Of a DNA stretch of 40,849 nt, positions 13,778 through 25,986 are shown in pieces. Numbering within the stretch: position 1 is the stretch's first letter; each line of letters begins with the position of its first letter. Made by a program: the position numbers and the translations under genes. Under the pieces are notes generated by a model. That model was not told where the DNA came from. It searched no databases and worked only from the letters and a program-made list of their open reading frames with translations. The DNA is from Paraspadella gotoi. Taxonomy: Eukaryota > Animalia > Chaetognatha. The stretch lies in NCBI GenBank assembly GCA_051294375.1, contig JBJCIZ010001220.1:1-40849 (forward strand), given 5' to 3'.

Positions 13778-14342
13778 ACACAAAAAAAACACCAGCATGG
13801 TAAAGTTGCGATTCGCTCGAAATTAATTTTCGATGAGCAGGAAGTGAAAATGTGAAAAACAAAAGGGAATCCGGCGAAAGGGAAGGAAGAGTGTTTCAAA
13901 AAGAAAAGAAAAAAAAAGATTTGATCGTGAATCGATGTTTCTCCATGGAGAATAAAAAAGAAAAACGTTAGTCTTTTGTGTTTTTTTTTTGCTCGAGGTG
14001 AAAGGTGGATTTTTTTCGTTTCCCGCCCAAAGTCAGATAAACGAAGATCGAAAAAAGATCCTTCGCTTTTAAATTAAACAACAAAACTTATGTGGTTTTT
14101 AAAGAGGCTTAGGTTGTAACTGTATTTAGAGATTGGACGACGAAACTGCGCCCAGGCTTTTTTTTCTCTCGATGTTTCCTCTCATGACCCTCGCTCATAA
14201 TATTTTTTTTTTACAAACGGAGATAATTAACCCATTGTGAATTTAAGTAAAAAAATTAAAGGGACTCAATTCATGATATAATAAAATAAGTCTGTAAAAT
14301 GGGCAGAGGACCGTGGCGGATTTCAAAGAGCAGGCGACCGCG

Positions 14343-15518
14343 CACTATGATCGAACGTGAACGTTAAAATCGGAAAAATTATATAATGACATATTCGATA
14401 GCTTAACCAGAGTAATTCTTGAAAACTTTAGAGGTTCTTCTCGTAAAATCTTAATATTTCCAAAAAGGACAAAAATGTAAAATTTGATTTTTTTTACGAT
14501 TTCCTAAAGATAACCGAACGCTACGCGCATTTTTTTTTAGCTTTTTTTAATTTTTTTGCCTCTCAAATACGCTAAAACAAAAGTTTAAAGAGCAATTTGA
14601 TTCAATCAGTAAGCGAGAAGTTAATAGTACTAACGTGTTTTTAACTACTATTTTTTGATAAAGATGGAGGTCTCAAAATAGAGATTGAGTAAAATTATAA
14701 TTTGAAGTTTAAAATTATGGTTTTTTTTAGCATTTTCCTCTTTTAAAGAAAACATTTGATGTCAAATTCTAATCAATATTTTTACAACTGTGTTTCCTCC
14801 ATCGTTCAAAATTTCAAATTATCGTCGTTGTTCTGTCGATCTTCATCCGACCGATGAGACACACCCAGCAAGCCAACATTTTTTATTGTAAAAGTAGTGA
14901 TGAGCGGGGTTTTCCGTCAGTTGCTCACCCTTCTGAGAGTATCTATAACGCGTAGGGAAAGACAACACTAATCCCTAACCCTAATCCTAACCCTAATCCC
15001 TAACCCTAATCTCTACACTAATCCATAACCTAATCTCTATCCCTAATCTAACCTTATCCCTTATCAAAAAAATTAATTTGAAAATCATTTTGGCATTACT
15101 CATTTTGCGGATCGATGCGGATGAAATCCCGAATACATCAAGTCCATTATAATATTAATCATTATATTTAATTAGAATGGTAGTGATTCCCCATGATTCC
15201 TATATAATTTAAGCTAGTTTTCAAAAACTCAGATACAGTAAAACATTTTTAGAACAAATTTGTATTTAATCCATGCTAGGTATCCAGTTGTTTATCAAGA
15301 TTTAAAAAAAAAAGTAAATTCATCATAAAGTTCCAGGAATTAGTCGACAAAGTGAGTCTGAAATAGAGAAAAGCCTTATATCTCCTAAAGAAATGATTTT
15401 TGACAACTGATATTGCTTGAGAGGTTTCCGATGATAGTCCCTAATTAATTAAAAGCATATATATTTTTGTACGATGAACTAACCTATTCCGATAAAAAAA
15501 ATTATTTCGATGATAGTG
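14343..15518 (+). mobile_element. Non-autonomous Transib-like DNA transposon, copy A
   Basis: TIRs CACTATGATCGAA and TTCGATGATAGTG, 5-bp TSD CCGCG (14338-14342 and 15519-15523). Lacks about 140 bp present in copy B. Confidence 0.85.
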
Positions 15519-15767
15519 CCGCGGCGGAAATTTAAAATTTAAATTCTATGGTCGAGATTCAACTCGATTTACAATAGAAATAATTTTAAAATTGAGAGCC
15601 TTTTCATTAAATAATTTTTGTATACATAGCTTACTTATTTATATAATAATTTTTGCATATTTTTGTCTATTTTGTATACATAGCTTACTTATTTATACGA
15701 ATAGAAAATAAAAAAAGTCTTTCTCTGTAGTCTTCTCTTTACCATCATTCCATCTTTCTTTATACTT

Positions 15768-15768
15768 T

Positions 15769-15831
<63 letters not shown>

Positions 15832-15971
15832 AAAATTTTATTCTTTTGAGGTCGACCGCCTTTTTTGTCGACAAAAGAAATTTCCAAGTATGTGTTACAG
15901 GAATACTATATCTTGCAAACAACGCCCTATAGGGTCCTTTTTTTTTCTACCTCCCCTCTTTCTCTCTCTCT

Positions 15972-16021
<50 letters not shown>

Positions 16022-16034
16022 CTCTCTCTCTCTC
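15768..16034. repeat. (CT)n microsatellites (also near 1, 1230, 1408, 8250 and 18900)
   Basis: Visible CT dinucleotide runs. Confidence 0.9.
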
Positions 16035-16863
16035 AAAACAAAATACCCCTGATTCAAACTGTAAAAATGATTTCTTCCTTCAGCTAAAGTTTGGTTGACT
16101 CTGGTAATTAGTATAATGTTTAATTTCAAAAATTATACATTGTTATTTAATAGAAAACTACGTATGTATGTTCTCAACACACAACTTAGAAAGAAAAATT
16201 CGTTCACGGAGTTGAGTCTTTGAGAAAAACGTTGTAAATCAATCTTTATTGCTTAAAAAAAAGATAACGATGTTTCTTCATTTTTCTGCCAAGTTATTTT
16301 GAATGAACAATCGTAATTGAAAGATAGAAAAAAATTCTCACAACTTATAGATTCGCATTGAAAATGAGTTAGTGAGGCAATGGCTGACTACAGTTACACT
16401 TTTTAGTAAGCATGCGAAGACCATGAAAATTGGACAAATTCATCTTTCCTACAGTGAAACATAAAACACAATTTACCAAAAAAAAAAAAAAAAATTTGAG
16501 ATTTCAATCTTCATTTGCAGTCCTCTGCGTCATTATAGTTGTTGTCAAAAGGGAACGACATAAAAAGAGCGAAATAAAGATAATGACGGGCTTGTTGTTT
16601 ACTTGCAACTTTCACAAACTGAGGAAACAAAAACGCCATACATAAATATTTATGTATTGGGTTTTTGGTAATCTTTTCGCTTGAAGATCCGACGCCTTGG
16701 TCCATCATCAATTCATCATTGTCGGCTCACCGTCGCCACCATCATTGTCATTGTTTCCATTTTCATCTCATTATCCCAATAGTCAATGTTGTCATCATCG
16801 CCATCAATTTAATGCTGTTGCGGCATCGTGTCGACGCCTTCACCATTGACGCAATCGACATGG

Positions 16864-17252
16864 TCGTCGTCATCGTCGTCGTTATCGTCGTCGTCATCTT
16901 CGTCGTCATCGTCGTCATCTTCGTCGTCATCGTCGTCTCGTCGTCATCTTCGTCGTCTTCGTCGTCTTCGTCGTCATCGTCCTCTTCGTCGTCATCATCG
17001 TCATCGTCGTCATCGTCGTCATCTTTGTCGTCTTCGTCATCATCATCATCTTCGTCGTCATCGTCGTCATCTTCGTCGTCATCGTCGTCATCGTCATCAT
17101 CTTCGTCGTCATCGTCCTCTTCGTCGTCATCATTGTCATCGTCGTCATCATCGTCGTCATCGTCATCTTCGTCGTCATCGTCGTCATCTTCGTCGTCATC
17201 GTCGTCTTCGTCGTCATCGTCGTCGTCATCGTCGTCATTTTCGTCGTCTTCG
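16864..17252. repeat. Degenerate (TCG/TCA/TCT)n trinucleotide tract
   Basis: About 390 bp. The minus strand reads almost purely Asp/Glu codons. Confidence 0.9.
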
Positions 17253-18325
17253 ACATCTTTCCCTCTCTCTCCTTTTTTTAGCCTCGGGACGAAGAAGGAA
17301 AAAAAGAAGTGAATAGCAAAGTGCTGACCTCGTCGTGTGAGACTGAAGAGGCTTTCTCATTTCTTTTCGCATTTCGGGATTTTTCACTTTTTTTTTTCTC
17401 TTTTTCTCTTTTCACAACTGACCCAATTACATAGCTTTGGTCGACTTGTTTTTTTTTAATTTACTCGACCTTACTTTCTTTTTTTCTTTCGATCTGTATT
17501 ATTATTATATCTGTAAACGTTAAGCTAAAGTGGAATTCAAAATAATAGCTGACTTTATTGTAATCCCCTAGGACGCGAAAAAAAAATTAGGCCATTAAAA
17601 TTTAGTGTCAATTTGCATAAGAACATACATAACAGAATTCCTTTTCTAGCTCTATTGTTTCAGTATCACATACATGTATAAACGCGTGTATAAGAGTTCT
17701 GTTGGAATGTCAGTTATTATTATTATTATTTATTATTATACGAAACTCTTATCAAATATCAGTATATTTAATTGTCAATGGGTTAACGTTTTAATGCTTT
17801 TATAGTGTAATAAAAAATGGAGAGAGCTTCTCTTCCACTTAGCATTCTACAATCTACATAGAGAAAAGAGATGCACCCGGCTGTCCGCCGTGTCCGGGCA
17901 ACAATCGGGCGTGATGGCCCAATTGTGCTCATTGTTGACGCGTCTCTCTTTACTTTCGCAATAACGGATCGAATTTAAAAAAAAAGACCAAGAAAAACAA
18001 ACAATTATTGTTAAAAGAATTCGATAGAGATTGATATACTATATATATTTATATAAATGTACGATGAGATAAATTATTGTCAATAAGTCGCAGAAACCCT
18101 TTTGAAACCCCTTTGAATCTTTCTCAAATCTCCCATTTGTCACATTTTCAGCATCTGGAAATTTGGCCAAAACCGCTTCACATTTGGACATTTGTGAGTC
18201 GCGTCCTTGAAAGGCTGTGAATGGAAGAGAAAGTGTTTGGTTAATGGTTAATTAATTAATTAATTAATTAAATCAATGCGTTTTGAAGTATGTAGAAACA
18301 AAACTTACCTAAAACAAAAAGAATG

Positions 18326-18442
18326 ATGAAACTCACCCGAAAGAGAAAGCGAAGGAAAAAGGAAAGAATGAACTCACCCGAAGAGAAAGGGAAGGAAAAA
18401 GGAAAAATGAAACTCACCCGAAAGAGAAAGGGAAGGAAAAAG
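18326..18442. repeat. Three-unit minisatellite with a 40-41 bp period
   Basis: ACTCACCCG at 18331, 18372 and 18412, each followed by a purine-rich run. Confidence 0.8.
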
Positions 18443-18684
18443 AGAAGGACTGTGAAGACGAAGAGAAAAAAGGCGCAACAGAGCCCGAGGCCTCCGAGGC
18501 TCCAGTCGATCACAGTCTCCACCTAAATTATCAAAGATATATATGTAATCTCTAATTGTCAAAATATATTGTCTAAAATTCGCGGCAAATGATTTTACAC
18601 GAAATTACATTTAAAAAACTATTTCCGCCGACTAATTTTAATCAAATTTGTTTCGATTTTAAAAAATACTAATTTTTTCTGCTT

Positions 18685-18685
<1 letters not shown>

Positions 18686-18748
<63 letters not shown>
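18686..18748. repeat. (ATC)n microsatellite
   Basis: About 20 perfect ATC units. Confidence 0.95.
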
Positions 18749-18899
18749 TTTATCATCGTCGTCGTCGTCGACGTCTTCGTCGTCGTTGTTATTGTTGTAT
18801 TTTTCTTAACTCGACGCATCCGAGGTTTCATCATTTCCGGCGCCAGAGGGCGTCGGCCGTCGGGTTGCCTCCTCACAAATTTATCAATTTTAGCGCTTC

Positions 18900-18980
<81 letters not shown>

Positions 18981-20294
18981 AAGAGCTCCAGACTTGTTCA
19001 AACTTGTCCAATCAGACACCGATCGATCGACCTTCGATCCACATTGTGGGCATTGCGTCTCTTTGGTTCGAAGCCGAACTCTTCCCCGTCGTCGTAGTCG
19101 TCGTCGTTGTCGTCGTCGTCGTCGTCGGCGACGTCGCTCGCTCGGGTTTCTGAAAATAGAAAACGTTAAAAGTATATTACGTTACAAAAAAATTAAAAAA
19201 TTTACATTGAGACTCTCTCCGTTGGAGAGGTTGGAAAATCGATATTTTCTCTATTGGGTATTAGAGATTTCTTAGTGAAAATTATTTGCCTTTCTTTATA
19301 TATTTTATTCATCGGATATTTTTGGGAAAGGAAAACCTCAGCTTTTGTTGTTTTTTTTTTAATTGTATAATTTTTTTTGGCTTCAAAATTGTAAAAAGTA
19401 GACGAAACGCAAAAATAAAGGAAGAATAAAAAGAATAAAAGAAAGCCAAAAGATCGGGGAATAAGAAAAAATGCGCCAAAAAATCATGAAAACAGGAATA
19501 AGAGTAAATAAAGATTAAGTCTTTGACAGAAATAAAGCCAAGACACTGGTTTTTCCACAAGTCACAAAACATCCTCGCCCTACGAACCTACCCGGACTTC
19601 AACGTAGACGAGTCCTCGAAAACGTTTGATGTTTGATAATGATAGGACTCAATAGATTATAATGGTTCTCAACCTACGTCTCATTTACAAGCATAGATAA
19701 AGGAAGCTTAACGGAAAGATTCTAGAGCCGCTTCAGTTCCACTTACAATGGCGCTACTCCGTTATTTTTCTCAACGCACAATTATCACTGGAGGATGACG
19801 CCCATGACGGTCGTTAACGATTTAGCTTCGCGCAATCAGCCTTGAGGTGCTCACTGCTCCTGCTCACGGTTGATTTAGCGAAATTTGACACTCAAACGAA
19901 AAATTGTTTGGATATGTACGTATATCAAAAGAGAAAGCACTTTCAAGATTAAAAGCCAATACTGTCGTAAGCATGATAAATGCGCTTATAGTAAGAAAAA
20001 AAAATGGGCGAAGACTTGCTTTTTACGCTCTGATACCCTAATGTTATAAACGACGTCGCAATCTCAAAGATAAAGACATACGAGATCGTAAACGTCGCAT
20101 TTAAGCACAAGTCGCTGACACGAGGTTTAAGTTATGGTGGTTGTGAAGGTGTTTCTCCTTCACGCCCGCGGAGTCGCGCGTTCTAGACGTCGCCAGTTCC
20201 TTGTAGAGTGACGAAGGATCTTTTCTACATGAATACTTGAATCTTTTGCTGAATATCGAGTCGAATTATGATGAATATTAAGACGCGAAAAGGT

Positions 20295-20394
20295 NNNNNN
20301 NNNNNNNNNNNNNNNNNNNNNNNNNNNNNNNNNNNNNNNNNNNNNNNNNNNNNNNNNNNNNNNNNNNNNNNNNNNNNNNNNNNNNNNNNNNNNN
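20295..20394. other. Assembly gap
   Basis: 100 N. Contiguity across the gap is not established. Confidence 1.
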
Positions 20395-20395
20395 T

Positions 20396-20810
20396 AGTTA
20401 CGACAAGGAATAATTTTGAGCAAGGACAAGGAAATAATTTTTCACATAATAATTATAATACGGGGTGGAATAGGGACTTTAATATTATATGCTGGCGTTG
20501 TGATAGGAGAGGACATGTAAAGAGGGATTGTCCTCTTCAGATAGCAGATAACTATTGGATGGAAATCCAAAGGGAAAATAGGGAGAGAAGGGACAACGGG
20601 AGGCCAGTCAATAGTAACTTAGTTAATAACCAACCCAGGGTTAACCGTAATGAGCAAAGGGTTCCGTCCCAAGCAGCGCAAAACTCCCAACCTATAAAAT
20701 CTAATTCGTGTGGTTCCTTTAAACTCATAAGCCCCTTTCGGAGGGGGGCTAATCAAGTAGCGAAAGGAGTAATGAAACAAAATGGCAAGGGGATTCAGTA
20801 CAGAAAATAG
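20396..20810 (+). CDS. gag: Gag C-terminus (nucleocapsid) with CCHC zinc knuckle, partial
   Basis: CWRCDRRGHVKRDC (CX2CX4HX4C) at 20490-20531, in N/Q/R-rich flanks. The ORF-track start at 20268 only spans the N gap. Confidence 0.85.
20718..20750 (+). promoter_or_regulatory. Candidate -1 ribosomal frameshift signal (TTTAAAC plus GC-rich hairpin)
   Basis: TTTAAAC at 20718-20724, a 5-nt spacer, then AGCCCCTTTCGGAGGGGGGCT, at the gag/pol boundary. The TTA-AAC frame ends P-L-N-S-stop. Confidence 0.55.
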
Positions 20811-20959
20811 CGTAGTAAAAAAGAGCAGGTAGATATAGGGGTAAATACTGAAAAGTTTGAAAGAAAAAATTACTGAAGCCTATAAAATTAAAGAAGGAAA
20901 AGATAAAGTAAGGTTTGAATAGCAAGGGGTTGCAGTGTAAGTAAGGGAAGAAGGAAAGA

Positions 20960-21334
20960 ATGAAGAAACGTATAGACTCGAATATAGATGGGTTAAACCC
21001 TATCATAAATATCGAAAGGATTCCTGGTTCAGATGAGATTTTAGGTTGGGTTGAAGAGGAATTACCTCAAATTGATAAAAATCTCGATGTAGTTGAGGAA
21101 AGAAATTATGATGATTTTCAATCACTCCCTACTTACGCGTACGTTAATGCAGGAGTAAGGGGAATTGAGACAAGGTTAGGATTTGATACCGTTAGTGTAA
21201 AAACTTTATTATCTGAGGAGATGGTATGACATAATTAATACTGATGGAATGTATGTCTTGAACCCGCATGGATCCCAGTTTGAGGCCGTCAATGGTACAA
21301 AAATTGACATTTTTAGGTGATGTTAAATTGCCTG
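20960..21334 (+). pseudogene. Aspartic protease (retropepsin), N-terminal part, frameshifted
   Basis: RLGFDT(V)SVKTLLSEE resembles the DTG catalytic motif. It is followed, with indels, by FEAVNGTKIDI.GDVKLP, a flap-like segment, and is cut at 21334 by the nested LTR element. Confidence 0.75.
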
Positions 21335-21613
21335 TGAGGCGACTTACCTCCGTGTCTCTTTCCCTAAACCCTTCCTCTCTCCTCTTTCTTCGAGCCGGTC
21401 TATTCCACACGGTCACTTTGCCCTAGCTTTGGCAATGACCTTAGATTGACCGACACAGTAATAGGGCCAAAGGCGACGTAAGGTCAAGTTGGTCCGGGCG
21501 ATGATAAAAGTGGATCAGGAGAGAGCTAGACTCACTTCTTTCTCTACTTCTCTTACATCGTCACAATTCTTACACCTTTTCTCACTTTTATATTACTATT
21601 TTCGTCCTCTTCA
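21335..21613 (+). repeat. 5' LTR of the nested gypsy element
   Basis: TGAGGCGACTTACC...TCTTCA; near-identical to 25987-26263; followed by TTGGTGAGCCG (PBS-like). Confidence 0.93.
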
Positions 21614-21798
21614 TTGGTGAGCCGAACTTCCGAACACAACAGCAACAACAACACTTTCAGGCGACATGCTCAACTTGGGCGATGCACTATCCGCCACAAC
21701 ACATCAGGCGACATGCCTCAACTTGGTGACGAACTTTCCACCAACAATTACAATTCACTGAAGAGACGCAACAGACTTCTCCCTACGGGAGGGGGGGA

Positions 21799-22050
21799 TG
21801 TATGGTGGACTAAAATCCACCATCCGTTCATCAGTGGCCATTGGTGCCGAGGCAAGTCATTCGCCTCCCAACCCAAAGGTCCCGGGGTTCTAGCCCGCGT
21901 GGTCAGTCTAGCAAGGGACGGGGCGCTTAAACCCGCCTGTAACAAGGTGTTACAGCCTGATCCGAAGCTCAGGGACTGCTTATATTGAACGTTTCTGTCA
22001 TTAACATATATCAATAATCACTGTCTCTTCAAACTCTTTCAACTCCTCTC
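21799..22050 (+). repeat. LTR-like segment of a second family containing a tRNA-like cloverleaf (copy 2)
   Basis: Starts with TG directly after the purine tract GGGAGGGGGGGA; highly similar to the reverse complement of 11036-11308. The right boundary is approximate. Confidence 0.7.
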
Positions 22051-22059
22051 CTGATTTAG

Positions 22060-25000
22060 TCAATGGACTTTGTTTCTATCATCGGACATTTGGAGATCGA
22101 GCAATCAAAATGCTACCCAGGATGCAAGCGGGGGAAACGGCCGAGCCAGCAGCCGGAGGCAGTAAACGCCGCTGCTGGTAGTACAGAACCCTTACTGCAC
22201 GTGTACGACACACAACAAACAACTTGACATGCTTGTGGACGGTGGTGCAAGCGTCTCTTTGATGCGCCTTTGCCATCAAGAAAAGCTCCGCGGTGGCTCC
22301 GCGCCTCAACTTCATGCTGCAAACGGGTCTCCATCTCTTCCTACGGCACCAAAACAAATCACTAATCAGACTAGGAAGACGACAACATACCTCACTAACA
22401 ACCGTACCTCGCTGACGTTACGACCCCTATTCTTGGAGCTGATTTTCTGATGGGAGCATCATTTAGACGCGACCAACAAGCTCGGCCTACTCGTGATCTT
22501 GATGATTTTTCAACAATCGCAGGCAAATCTTACCTGGACAGGCCTTTCAGAGTCATACAGTCAATAATGCCTATTTCAAATTGATTGGACGAACGCCCAG
22601 AACTCACACAACTCAGATTTGACCCTTCGAAGACCAAGCATGGTGTAGAACACCACATTCCAACCGAGGGTCCGCCTGTCCACTCCCAAGCACGCCGACT
22701 TGCACCTGAACAAACTCAAAGCAGCCAAAGATGAATTTGCAAAAATGGAGAAGCTGGGCATTATACGGAAGAGCAAGAGTGCTTGGGCATCACCACTACA
22801 TGTGGTTAAAAAACCTGATGGCTCACTTAGATGTTGCGGCGACTACAGGCGCCTCAACGCAGTCACAAAAACAACCGCTACCCATCAAAAATTTGATGGA
22901 TTTCAATGCCCATGTCGCAGGCAACAATTTTTTCAAAGTAGACCTTTGTAAGGCACCATCAAGTACCTGTAGCAGAGCAGGATATTTGCAAGACAGCCGT
23001 CATCACTCCCTTTGGCTCTGGGAATTCCCGTTCACCCATTTGGTCTCAAGAATCAGGGCCTGATTTTCAAGGATGATGGATGAAGCCCTCAAAGATGTAC
23101 ACACATCTTTGTATATCTAGATGACATCCTGGTCGCCTCAAGCAACGAGGAAGAACACATGCAAGATCTCACACTACTGTTTGACACCCTGCAAGCAAAT
23201 GGTTTAGTAGTGAACAGGGCAAAATGCGTACTGGGCGTACCATCACTCGATTTTCTCAGTTACCAGGTAGACGCAACAGGCGTCAGGCCATTGGACACAA
23301 AAGTCGAAACAATCAAACAATTCCCACAGCCAACATCAGTCAAAGAGGTTCAAAGATACTTGGGCATGCTCAACTACTACCGGCGTTTCATTCCACACAT
23401 CGCCGAAGTCCTTACACATTATACCAAGCCTTAAAAGGCAACCCCGAGTCCTCAAATGGACCGATGAGATGACTCAAGCTTTCAAACAAGTCGAAAGAAG
23501 CTCTGGCAAACGCACTATGCTTGTCCACCCTGTGGACGGGGCACCTCTGGCCCTGACCGTCGATGCGTCACTAACGGCCATTGGCGGCGTCCTGGAGCAG
23601 AAGATTGGTGTCAATGGCAACCTTAGGCTTTTCTCAGCCCCGCTAGCTCAGAACCAGACAAAATGGCCACCTTTCGACCGGGAACTCCTTGCCGCACATC
23701 GCTCAGTCCGGCACTTCAGGCCTTCCCTGGAAGGGCGCTACTTCATTCTGTTCTCTGACCAGAACAGCCTAGTTCCCGCCATACGCAAGAAATCTGAGCC
23801 ACACTCAATGCGTCAAACATATCAATTATCTGCCATCTCCGAATACACAACAGACATCCGATACATCGAGGGCAAGGCCAACGTGGTAGCGGACACACTA
23901 TCAAGAATCATCAGCCCAGCAAGCAGTGGCCCCAAACCTGAAGGATCATCAGGACCTCAGAAATGCCCTCGTTGGTCGCAACGGTCAACGCAAGTTGGCC
24001 CCAAGGCGTCGATTTTGCCGCTTTAGCCGGCGACCAAAGTTCCGACGAGGAGATCCAGCGACTCCTAGCGGACGCCCACACCAGCCTGCGATTCAAGATA
24101 GTTCGCCTGAACGACTTTGACATCATCTGCGATGTCAAGTTCAGGAAGGGCGCGCCCCTTGGTTCCCACAACATGGCGCCGTCGAGTTTATGATGCCATC
24201 CACAACCCTCGCTCACCCGAGCGTCAGATGCACAAAAAAGCTGGTAACAAAGAGATTTGTTTGGCCAAAAGCCGCCGTCAGACGTGGCAAAATGGGCTCA
24301 GGCTTGCCTTGACTGCCAGCGCAGCAAGGTACACGACACACCAGGCTCCACTACAACCTTTCGAAGCACCATCGAGGCGTTTTGAACATGTTCCACATTG
24401 ACTTGGTGGGTCCCTTGCCCACTTCAGGCGTTACACGTACCTTTTAACCTGTGTAGACCGTTTTTTCCCGTTGGCCTGAAGCATATCCCCTTCGGGATAT
24501 CTCCGCAGTAACCGTAAGCAACAGCCTTCCTTCAGAACTGGATCGCCAGATTCGGCGTACCAGCCACAGTCACTTCCGACCGTGGAACACAATTCACTTC
24601 TGAATTGTGGCATCAGCTGAGCCAAGCTATAGGCTACAAGCTCACACACCACAGTATACCACCCGCGAGGCGAACGGGATGGTCGACGGTTTCACCGTAC
24701 ATGAGACATCATTGAAAGCGCGTTGTGATGCGTCCGGCGCAAATTGGTTCAATCAACTACCTTGGGTCTTATTAGGACTCAGGTCTGCACCAAAAGAAGA
24801 CCTACAAGCATCACCAGCAGAACTTGTATTCGAGATACAATAGCAATCCCAGGCGAACTGGTAATAGGTACACAGCCAACAAGAAGCAAATGCCCAAAAT
24901 GAGAGCTGCAAAACTTGAGACACGACGTTGCATTGTTGAGACCAGTAGTTCTAATTGGCACTCAAACCCACCTGTTCATCTTCCTCACAGTCTTGCTCAG

Positions 25001-25150
25001 CAAACTGGGTTTTTGTGCTCCGTGCCAACAGGGTCACTCTCTCGCTACGCCCTACTTGGGCCTTACAAAGTAGTCTCAAGAGATACAAGACCTTCACAGT
25101 GGACATCGCTGGCGAGACAAGAGAAGATCTCCATCGACAGGATCAAGCCA
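22060..25150 (+). pseudogene. pol: Frameshifted gag tail and pol of the nested gypsy element
   Basis: Fragments: GLCFYHRTFGDRA.KC.PGC (gag tail), LVDGGASVS (PR), SAWASPLHVVKKPDGSLRCCGDYRRLN and YLDD near 23113 (RT), LTVDASLTAIGGVLEQ...ADTLSR (RH), HIDLVGPLP, TSDRGTQF and EANGMV (IN). Many 1-nt indels, from decay or read error. Confidence 0.92.
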
Positions 25151-25986
25151 GCAACAACAGAACCGGATGTCCAACCAACACCTCCAGCAGCCCCAGAAGA
25201 GGACGACCACCAGCAGCAACAGGCGAGTCGTTTCCTAGGGGGGAAGGTCAAACAAATAATAGAGACAAGAGTCAGCCCACGGAACCGACTCCACTCATCT
25301 CCAACATTTATACCTCAGGCGACGCAACCTCAACAGCAACGTCAACAAGAACCTCCACAGCAACAGCACGAGCGCCACCACGACACAATCCACTCGACAA
25401 CCAACACGAATCCAACTCAGAGACAAGCACGTGCAAGACAATACCATCGTCTGGGTTCTGAAGGAATAGATATATATTGTATTAGATGTCTAAGATCAAC
25501 TATCAGTAATTCGCGAGATCCGTGATTGTTGGATAAACCGGTTATCAGCACTATCCACAAATCATCACCAGTTGGTCACTGTTACGATTAATCACAACTT
25601 GCCTAACAGCAAGTAACATCAAAAACAAAATCATCAACAGCTGGTTATTTTCATGATTTAACCAAGCTTGCCTAATAGCAAGCAATCATCATAACACTTT
25701 GACCAAACATCATTTTTTCTATCTCCCTACTATCCTTTTTGTAAAATTTCTTCACAAAATATTTTTTTTTTTTTGAGAAGAGATATATGTAAATATTTAT
25801 TGTAGAAGACAAACCCCTTTTTAGTGGGTCCCCCAATTGTTTTCTCCTAGACCTTATTGTTTTGCCCAAATATTCCCCAAGGAGAAACAATATTGTAAAG
25901 TACTTTGTTCCTTAACTAGTAGTACAAGTCACTCAACTGTAAATAGGGTCAGTTCGAACCCCTAAGGTCCGAACTTGAGGGGGGGA

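Noticed and set aside
14968-15061. Telomere or chromosome end
   Set aside because: The tract is short, degenerate and internal to a TSD-flanked transposon. Similar weak tracts near 2240-2300 and 7845-7895 are also interstitial.
16665-17316. Poly-Ser, Arg/His and Thr/Met ORFs
   Set aside because: These are alternative-frame readings of a trinucleotide tract.
20160-20429. ORFs spanning the N gap (20160-20429 minus; start of 20268-20810)
   Set aside because: They are open only because N codons are not stops; only the post-gap gag part is supported.
24824-25525. Separate 233-aa or env-like ORF in the nested element
   Set aside because: It contains the integrase GPY/F-type tail (GPYKVV...ISIDRIKP) plus low-complexity sequence; no TM or fusion-protein features.
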